A program made the translations under genes and the position numbers. The notes beneath the pieces were generated by a model. The model was not told where the DNA came from and searched no databases. It worked only from the letters and a program-made list of their open reading frames with translations. 64,000 nucleotides of DNA from Candidatus Helarchaeota archaeon (GTDB lineage: Archaea; Asgardarchaeota; Lokiarchaeia; Helarchaeales; RDOG01), in NCBI GenBank assembly GCA_019058315.1, contig JAHPZH010000001.1, positions 71,938 to 135,937 on the forward strand, written 5' to 3'. Below are positions 57,343 to 64,000 of the stretch, in pieces. Each line of letters begins with the position of its first letter. Position 1 is the stretch's first letter.

Positions 57343-58206
57343 TTAAAAAGGATCATATTTAGCAAAGAGAAATGGTATCATCTTCTCTTCGTCCAATTCT
57401 TTGAACTCCAAATCAAGAGATATTGAAGTATCGGCTTTTAAGTAAAAAGCACCAATGATTTCCGACGGTTTTAAAAGACATATGGGATCAAATGGTGATT
57501 CATGGAATCCCAACTTTACATTGTCCATTGACCGGAACGAATGAGTTTTATTTACCTTTGCCCACAGCTTCATTAGGCGTGGTTTATAAGCATAGTATGG
57601 TCCGTCATGACCAAGAAGAGGCCCCATAACTTGATGAAGGTGGTAAGTTGGTTTCTCTAATAATTCGGTAAGTATTCTTGAGTCAAGTTCTTTAGGCTCA
57701 ATCTCTCCCTCTGCTTCAACAAGAGTAATCCCCCTTCGAATGGTTTTACAGGAAAATTTATTCCCATCTTTTTTGTATTCGAATTGACCTACCTTTTTCT
57801 GGGTTCCTATCATCTCGCGTCCCGCCATAGCACCAATATCAGACTCAATAAAGATTGCTATTGGATAAAATCCTACTGTCCCATTGAAGTCCGCGAAGGC
57901 TCCAGTGATATTCTCATAATAACCCATATTTAACCCATCATTACCTTTACCATCGTTTAGATTTAGCTGCTGTACGAATAAATTAAGCAAAGGCATTGCG
58001 GTCATAGTCTTTAAAGGTGGGGGAAGAAATTTCTGGATTATATCGATATCTTTTATTTTAAAAAGATACGCATAGTATTCAGCGTTAAATAATTCCCAGC
58101 GTAATCTTTTTGCCATAGCCTTACTTTCATCTGGATCAAGACCATAAAGAGGTTTTATTTCATATTTTGTTGGATTGGGGTTTGTTTTAAGTATCTCATA
58201 CTTCAT
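57343..58206 (-). CDS. acetoacetate decarboxylase (ADC) family protein
   Basis: By-eye collinearity with clostridial Adc: NAEYYAYLFK...FLPPPLK vs NREYFNIVYR...VVPEPLE, and AGREMIGTQKKVG vs VGRELSAYPKKLG (catalytic Lys context). Confidence 0.6.
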   Translation of the reverse strand: MKYEILKTNPNPTKYEIKPLYGLDPDESKAMAKRLRWELFNAEYYAYLFKIKDIDIIQKFLPPPLKTMTAMPLLNLFVQQLNLNDGKGNDGLNMGYYENITGAFADFNGTVGFYPIAIFIESDIGAMAGREMIGTQKKVGQFEYKKDGNKFSCKTIRRGITLVEAEGEIEPKELDSRILTELLEKPTYHLHQVMGPLLGHDGPYYAYKPRLMKLWAKVNKTHSFRSMDNVKLGFHESPFDPICLLKPSEIIGAFYLKADTSISLDLEFKELDEEKMIPFLFAKYDPF

Positions 58207-58421
58207 ACTGCTCTCCTTCTCAATATTTTTTAATTTGTTTTATTTAATGAAATAAAATATAATTTCACTTTTTGTTTTTTGAAATTGATACTTTTATACT
58301 ACATATAAAAATTTCTTATGAAAAATTAAAAAGAAATATAGTAAATAAAAAGTTACAAACAAAAAAATAAAACTTATCTTATTTTTATAACATATAATAT
58401 AAAAAGAAGAGGTATGCATTT

Positions 58422-60665
58422 ATGGAAAATAAAGAACTAAGTCCAAATGAGGATGAAATAAAATTTATTCGAACAACATCCACCTTTGATTGTGGAGGAC
58501 GTTGTCCGATAAAACTTCATGTTAAAAATGACAAAATTCTCCGTGTTGAAGGAGATGATTATGAAATAGAGGATGAACAGCTTCGAGCCTGCTTGAGATG
58601 CCGTGCATTTCGCAAATATGTTCATCATCCAGAACGTTTAAAATATCCTCTTAAGAGGGTAGGACCTAAGGGAGAAGGGAAATTTGAACAGATTTCATGG
58701 GATGAAGCTTATGAAATAATTGCTAATAAGCTAAAGCATGTAATTGAAAAATACGGAAACTCCAGCGTTTTCCTAGCTAGTGGTGGAGGTTTTTTGGGTT
58801 CCTTTCATGATGGTACTTTTGCAATGATGAGATTATTTAACCACCTTGGCGGTTTTGCCACCCATTATGGAAATGTCTCATCTGAGGGTGCCGTTTGGGC
58901 GTGTTTAGCACAATATAATTCGGTTTTTGTAGGTCATAGTCGTGAAGATCTATTAAATTCAAAGCTTATTATACTGTGGGGATGGGATCCAGCAAGAATG
59001 ATATCTGGGACTAATACTATGTACCATGTAATAAAAGCCAAGGAAGCTGGGGCGAAAGTTATTTGTATAGATCCAAAATACACCGATTCCGCTGTTGTAT
59101 TAGCTAATCAATGGATTCCGATTTACCCAGGTACTGATGCAGCGATGATGGTTGCAATAGCTAATGTTATGATTAAAGAGGGACTTCATGATCAAGCATT
59201 CCTTGATAAATATACTGTTGGATTCGATAAATTCAAAGATTATGTAATGGGAAAAGAGGATGAGGTAGAAAAAACACCTGAATGGGCTGAAAAAATCACT
59301 GGGGTGGATGCTTCGATAATAGAGCAACTGGCTCGGGAGTATGCAACTACTAAACCAGCTGCCCTAATGGATTGCCAAGGTCCAGCACGCAGTGCTATTG
59401 GTGAACAATATAATCGATGTGCCATGACTTTATGTGCAATGACTGGAAATGTAGGACGCCCTGGAGGAAGTGCTGGGGGAGGTTTAATGGGTATTCGCCC
59501 TGGTCATATGTTTTATGGTATGAGAATACCGCCTGGTAAGAATCCAGCAGAAGCAGGTGGACCAAAGGTAAGCAGATCCCTTAATTTAAAACTTCGCCTG
59601 GTTAAACGCGTTCATATTAATAAAATGTTTGATGCCATTGCTAAGGGTAAAGCTGGAGGCTATCCGTTTGATGTTAAGTTTGCTTGGTTTGTCAATAATA
59701 ATTTTTTAAACCAACTTGGTAATACGAATAAATCTGCTGAGGCATTGAAGAAACTCGATTTTATGGTTGTTGCGGAGCTATTCTTAACACCCACAGCTAG
59801 ATATGCAGATATTGTACTACCAGTAACCAGTGCTGCGGAAAAAAATGATTTAACTCGACCTTGGCCTTCTGGACCTTATTTTACATATGTAAACAAAGCC
59901 ATTGAACCATTGGGTGAGTGTAAATCAGATTTGACAATCGCTGAAGAATTAGCTGAAAAACTCGGAATAGATAACTTTGAAAAATATGAGGAAGAAAAAA
60001 CTCTTAAGAATTTTATTAAAGCGAGACCCGATACAGGTAGAGCGATGCCAAAACGTAAAGATCGGGAAAAATACAAAGAAACAGCTGTTCATAGACTCAA
60101 GTTATCTGAGCCTATCGTCGCATTCAAGGAACAAATTGAAGACCTCGAAAATCATCCTTTCGATACTCCTTCTGGAAAGATTGAAATATTTTCTCAGAAA
60201 GCAGCTGATATAAAAAATCCACTTTGTCCTCCGATTCCAAAATACATTAGCACATGGGAAGATAGAAATGATCCGCTATTTGAAAAATATCCTTTACAAC
60301 TTTTATCTCCCCATCCCAGAAATAGGGTTCATTCCGAGTTATATAAAGTTAAATGGTTAGCAGAAGTTGAACCTCATGTTGCTTGGATTAATCCAGTCGA
60401 TGCTGAACCTAGAGGAATTAAAGATGGGGATGAAATTTATGTATTTAATGATAGAGGGAAGATCCTAATAAAAGCATGGCTTACTGAACGTATAATTCCT
60501 GGTGTTATAAGTATATCCGAAGGTGCTTGGTACGCCCCTGATGATAATGGCATTGATAGGGGTGGATGTGTAAATACTTTAACTAAAGATGCATATTCAG
60601 CTGGTGGGGCCTCAGCTTTAAAAACATGTCTTGTTCAAATAAGCAAAGTTCAAGGAGGAAAATAA
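58422..60665 (+). CDS. molybdopterin (bis-MGD) oxidoreductase catalytic subunit, DmsA/YnfE-like, no Tat signal
   Basis: N-terminal FS0-type region TSTFDCGGRCPIKLHVKNDKILRVEGDD...LRACLRCRAFRKYVH, like DmsA (CGSRCPLRMHV...RACLRGRS). 747 aa. No twin-arginine leader. Confidence 0.8.
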   Translation: MENKELSPNEDEIKFIRTTSTFDCGGRCPIKLHVKNDKILRVEGDDYEIEDEQLRACLRCRAFRKYVHHPERLKYPLKRVGPKGEGKFEQISWDEAYEIIANKLKHVIEKYGNSSVFLASGGGFLGSFHDGTFAMMRLFNHLGGFATHYGNVSSEGAVWACLAQYNSVFVGHSREDLLNSKLIILWGWDPARMISGTNTMYHVIKAKEAGAKVICIDPKYTDSAVVLANQWIPIYPGTDAAMMVAIANVMIKEGLHDQAFLDKYTVGFDKFKDYVMGKEDEVEKTPEWAEKITGVDASIIEQLAREYATTKPAALMDCQGPARSAIGEQYNRCAMTLCAMTGNVGRPGGSAGGGLMGIRPGHMFYGMRIPPGKNPAEAGGPKVSRSLNLKLRLVKRVHINKMFDAIAKGKAGGYPFDVKFAWFVNNNFLNQLGNTNKSAEALKKLDFMVVAELFLTPTARYADIVLPVTSAAEKNDLTRPWPSGPYFTYVNKAIEPLGECKSDLTIAEELAEKLGIDNFEKYEEEKTLKNFIKARPDTGRAMPKRKDREKYKETAVHRLKLSEPIVAFKEQIEDLENHPFDTPSGKIEIFSQKAADIKNPLCPPIPKYISTWEDRNDPLFEKYPLQLLSPHPRNRVHSELYKVKWLAEVEPHVAWINPVDAEPRGIKDGDEIYVFNDRGKILIKAWLTERIIPGVISISEGAWYAPDDNGIDRGGCVNTLTKDAYSAGGASALKTCLVQISKVQGGK

Positions 60666-60667
60666 AA

Positions 60668-61228
60668 ATGCAACTTGGTATTTATTTTAATCAAACTCGG
60701 TGTACTGGTTGTAATGCTTGTCGAATCGCCTGTAAAGACTGGAATGACATTGAAGCTGGACCGGAGAACTGGATGAAAGTATTATATCATGAAGAGGGAA
60801 AACTTCCTAATATTTATGTCTGCTACATGATTAGACCTTGTTTTCACTGCATTGATCCTGTCTGTATTCCTGCATGTCCTATTAATGCAATAACAAAAAG
60901 AAAAGAAGATGGTATCGTAATCGTAGATAGTGATAAATGTATTGGTAAGGATGAGTGTGGCAATAAATGTTTAAAAGCATGTCCATATGATGCTCCACAA
61001 TTTGGAGCTGAAAAAAACTCAAAGATGAGAAAATGTACGTTTTGTATAGATCGAATAAAGGATAACAAGAAACCAGAATGTATTGATGCTTGCCCAACCA
61101 GAGCGCTCGATTCCGGACCTTTAAATGAATTAAAAACAAAGTATGGCAATATTAATGAAACTATAGGATTTAAATATTCAGAAAGATGCAAACCAGCTAT
61201 TATTTTTAAGCCCAAAATCAAGAAATGA
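60668..61228 (+). CDS. 4Fe-4S ferredoxin-type electron-transfer subunit (DmsB-like)
   Basis: MQLGIYFNQTRCTGCNACRIACKDWN plus further CxxCxxCxxxCP groups. GGAGG lies about 10 nt upstream of the ATG at 60668. The ORF is open from 60626 but overlaps the upstream gene. Confidence 0.8.
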   Translation: MQLGIYFNQTRCTGCNACRIACKDWNDIEAGPENWMKVLYHEEGKLPNIYVCYMIRPCFHCIDPVCIPACPINAITKRKEDGIVIVDSDKCIGKDECGNKCLKACPYDAPQFGAEKNSKMRKCTFCIDRIKDNKKPECIDACPTRALDSGPLNELKTKYGNINETIGFKYSERCKPAIIFKPKIKK

Positions 61229-61323
61229 AGAGCGAAATATCTGGTTAGATTTATACTAAGTCTTTTAATATAGTATTATTATTAAAAAGATTGTAATATT
61301 CCATCAAAAATATGTGATATATA

Positions 61324-62082
61324 ATGAGCTTTGAAAAAAATATTGAGCTCGCAGCTAAATGGATAGCAAAATCCAAACACTTTGTTGCATTTACTGGTGC
61401 TGGAATTAGTACAGAATCGGGATTGCCAGACTTTAGAGGACCTGATGGTGTCTGGACCAGAAGAGATAAGGGGCTACCACCACCAAAAACTACAAAACCT
61501 TGGCATATGGTGGAACCTAACAGCGGCCATCTAGCACTTGTAGAGCTCCAAAATATGGGCATTTTAAAGTTCTTGATTTCCCAAAATGTAGATAACTTGC
61601 ACATAAAATCCGGAATTAAACCTGATTTAATTGCAGAATTACATGGAAATACCACATTAATGGTTTGTTTAGAATGTGGAAAAAAGGATACTCTTGAAGC
61701 CTTTGGCTGGGATAAAAAAATTTGGGGTTCGGGATATAGAACTTCTCCAACCAGTCCTGGACAACCTAAATGCAATGTCTGTAAAGGAAGAATAATCTCA
61801 AGTATTGTAAACTTTGGTGATTCGTTACCTGAAAAAGATTTGACCCTTGGATTCTATCATGCCAAGCAATCCGATGTTTTTTTCGTTATCGGAAGTAGTT
61901 TAGTCGTTACACCTGCAGCTAACATGCCACAAGTTGCATTACAATCTGGAGCAAAATTAATATTGCTAAATAAGGGAGAAACACCATTTGATAATGCTGC
62001 ACATATTAGGTTCTGGGAAAAAATAGGTGATGTTCTGCCAGAGATTGTAAAAAAAGTGAAAAAAATAAAAGAAACTAATTAA
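61324..62082 (+). CDS. Sir2-family NAD-dependent protein deacylase (sirtuin)
   Basis: FTGAGISTESGLPDFRGPDGVW, QNVDNLH, and the zinc ribbon CLECG...CNVCKG. Confidence 0.85.
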   Translation: MSFEKNIELAAKWIAKSKHFVAFTGAGISTESGLPDFRGPDGVWTRRDKGLPPPKTTKPWHMVEPNSGHLALVELQNMGILKFLISQNVDNLHIKSGIKPDLIAELHGNTTLMVCLECGKKDTLEAFGWDKKIWGSGYRTSPTSPGQPKCNVCKGRIISSIVNFGDSLPEKDLTLGFYHAKQSDVFFVIGSSLVVTPAANMPQVALQSGAKLILLNKGETPFDNAAHIRFWEKIGDVLPEIVKKVKKIKETN

Positions 62083-62172
62083 ATTTCTTGATTAAAATAT
62101 TTAATTTTCGTCTAATTTAATTGATTACAATTAAAATAAAAAAAAAAATAGTTTTTAAAATTTATTAAAGAA

Positions 62173-63786
62173 CTATATCAACTCTGAAAGCATCTGAATT
62201 AAAAGACTTATGTCATTTTGGACATTCTCAATTCTATTCTGTAAATCATTAGCCACATCATCATCGATAGATCCAAGCTTATCAGCAATTTTTATAATTT
62301 TACTAAGAATGTTCAGTCTTATCTTTATTAAATATACATTTATTTTTGCTTTGAGGATTTTATCATTTAGATATGCATCTATTGCGTCATTAATATTGTC
62401 TAATGCTTTGTCAGTTAATTTATTTAAAATACATTTTACACATCCTTGGGTTTCGGTCTCGATGATTTCGTCTATATCCGTTAGTTGTTGTAATATATCG
62501 TTCATCAGCTCTAATATTGGGTCTGGAACTTCTAATTGGCAGTATTTATAATAAAGTCCATATGTTCCGTCCCGATTATCCACCCAAATAATATAAATCC
62601 TATTATTATATGTTGCGACGACCGCTGGCCATGCTGAAACACCCGTGGCGTTAGTAAGTTGAATTCTTTCACTCCAACCATTTTGATCCTTAACTTTATA
62701 GTATATTTCAGCATCTCCTGTTATTGCATCAGAATAAGCTAGATGTACCTTATTATCAGGACCAACTGCAATGTTTCGGTAAAGGGGAGCATAACCATAA
62801 GGACCCCAATCTACTATATCAATGAGTTCTATTTCGCTCCAAATATCATTTTCTATATCATAGGATCTATAATTAAGATCAGTTGAACCTCCTGAAGAAT
62901 TATACCATTCAATATGAACTATGTTATCCGATCCTATTGCCATAGCTGCTTCAGGCCTATGTGCTTGAATTGTTACTGGAAATTCATCAGACCATTCTAT
63001 ACCATCATATGAAATATGATATAATGTCTCAAGCGAACCTAACCGCCCATCAGTATACACTATATGAAGATTTCCTATCTGATCTATTTCAAATTCGTAA
63101 ATACAAGAATCTCCAGAACCATTAGTTACCCGATAATCTTGACTCCAAGTAGTCCCATCAAAAAATTTGTAATATACTTCTGAATCTTCATTTTGAGGAT
63201 CGTCTCTTTTATCTGGCCAAACCACATGAATTCTATTATCAATTCCAATTTCAATATATGGATACCATTCTCCGGCTGAAGAATTAGTAATTTGTTCCAC
63301 TCCGCTCCAGATATTCCCATCGAAAGAATTATAATAGACATTACTACTTTCCCCTACAGCTTCCATCCAAACAATATGTACTTTATCATCAGGTCCAATA
63401 GCTATTGCGGAGTAGACAGAAATATCCGAACTATTAGAGACTTGATAATAGTTAGTCCAAGAATTTCCGTTAAAACAAGCATAATAGATTTCATAATTTC
63501 CAATTTTATCATCATTCCAAACAACATGTATATTATTATTAGAATCAACTGCAGCATAATGATAAGGATGAGATGCTGATAAATTAATAAATTTAGTATC
63601 TTCGCTCCAAGAATTAGATGCCATCGAAATTTCTGAATCAGGATTGGGTATATTAGAATTTTGGTTTATGTTTGTGGATAATATGTCTAAAAGAAGTACT
63701 TGACTATTATTTGAGTTAATAAAACTCAGTCCAACAGTTCCTAAGAGCAATATAGTAAAAACTATTCCAAATATCGTTTTTTTCAT
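62173..63786 (-). CDS. secreted seven-repeat (propeller-like) protein with a C-terminal helical domain
   Basis: Signal peptide. Seven repeats of the -HVVW-D---G--EIYY-----G--WS type, related to the repeats in 13048-17478. The C-terminal ~120 aa is helical. Confidence 0.75.
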   Translation of the reverse strand: MKKTIFGIVFTILLLGTVGLSFINSNNSQVLLLDILSTNINQNSNIPNPDSEISMASNSWSEDTKFINLSASHPYHYAAVDSNNNIHVVWNDDKIGNYEIYYACFNGNSWTNYYQVSNSSDISVYSAIAIGPDDKVHIVWMEAVGESSNVYYNSFDGNIWSGVEQITNSSAGEWYPYIEIGIDNRIHVVWPDKRDDPQNEDSEVYYKFFDGTTWSQDYRVTNGSGDSCIYEFEIDQIGNLHIVYTDGRLGSLETLYHISYDGIEWSDEFPVTIQAHRPEAAMAIGSDNIVHIEWYNSSGGSTDLNYRSYDIENDIWSEIELIDIVDWGPYGYAPLYRNIAVGPDNKVHLAYSDAITGDAEIYYKVKDQNGWSERIQLTNATGVSAWPAVVATYNNRIYIIWVDNRDGTYGLYYKYCQLEVPDPILELMNDILQQLTDIDEIIETETQGCVKCILNKLTDKALDNINDAIDAYLNDKILKAKINVYLIKIRLNILSKIIKIADKLGSIDDDVANDLQNRIENVQNDISLLIQMLSELI

Positions 63787-64000
63787 TTTTATCCCATCAT
63801 TATTAATTTATTGAATCCTCTAATTTTAGAGTGAATATTAATTTTTTTCGCAATATAAAAAGATTTCTTTATGAATCTTACTAAAAATAAATAATTAACT
63901 TGTGATTTATCAAATATAAAACATTAAAAATTGCGAAATTTATGAAATATTAAATTATAAAGCCAATATCTTTTATCTCATTGATTTATATTATAGAAGT

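Overview
AT-rich (about 30% GC by eye, not computed), gene-dense, archaeal-looking chromosomal window. I call about 55 protein genes. Many start at TTG or GTG, and GGTG/GAGG-type ribosome-binding motifs are common. I recognised no rRNA, tRNA, CRISPR array, integrase or transposase. All calls come from reading the supplied ORF translations and the DNA; no searches were run, and identities are by-eye estimates. Housekeeping and accessory content: a corrinoid protein fragment plus a URO-D-type methyltransferase, TspO, an SDR, pirin, a DsrE-like protein, a LysR regulator, an enolase-superfamily enzyme, an MFS transporter, a tandem-NBD ABC ATPase, an Isf-like flavoprotein, a lone FwdC-like protein, a Gfo/Idh/MocA oxidoreductase, a PRTase, an acetoacetate-decarboxylase-like protein, a cytoplasmic DmsAB-like molybdoenzyme and a sirtuin. 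There are also many very large, sequon-rich (NxS/T) repeat surface proteins. Five things deserve a second look. (1) A tight operon at 40.9-47.5 kb encodes two radical SAM/SPASM paralogs, an SCP2 carrier, an NphB/CloQ-like ABBA prenyltransferase, a U32-family protein and an LmbE-type deacetylase, with a B12-radical SAM gene upstream. Four consecutive enzymes carry the same 77-80 aa PCP_red-like helical module. I read this as a candidate undescribed anaerobic pathway for a prenylated cofactor or lipid. (2) A prokaryotic-type ubiquitin-like conjugation locus at 28.9-35.1 kb has a JAB/MPN+ protease overlapping a beta-grasp-E1 fusion, and two E2/UBC-like paralogs flanking a radical SAM gene. One paralog is split into two genes exactly after a conserved Gly-Gly. 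(3) A Rag/Gtr-like GTPase with a roadblock-like C-terminal domain sits in a small operon. (4) Two tandem single-pass receptor-like paralogs have a conserved longin/roadblock-like cytoplasmic domain. (5) A two-gene module (giant surface protein with a conserved cytoplasmic tail, plus a double winged-helix protein) is duplicated and shares a promoter-proximal motif. Taken together, the eukaryote-like GTPase, the E1/E2/JAB genes and the glycoprotein load suggest an Asgard (Lokiarchaeia-like) archaeon. That lineage assignment is inference only.
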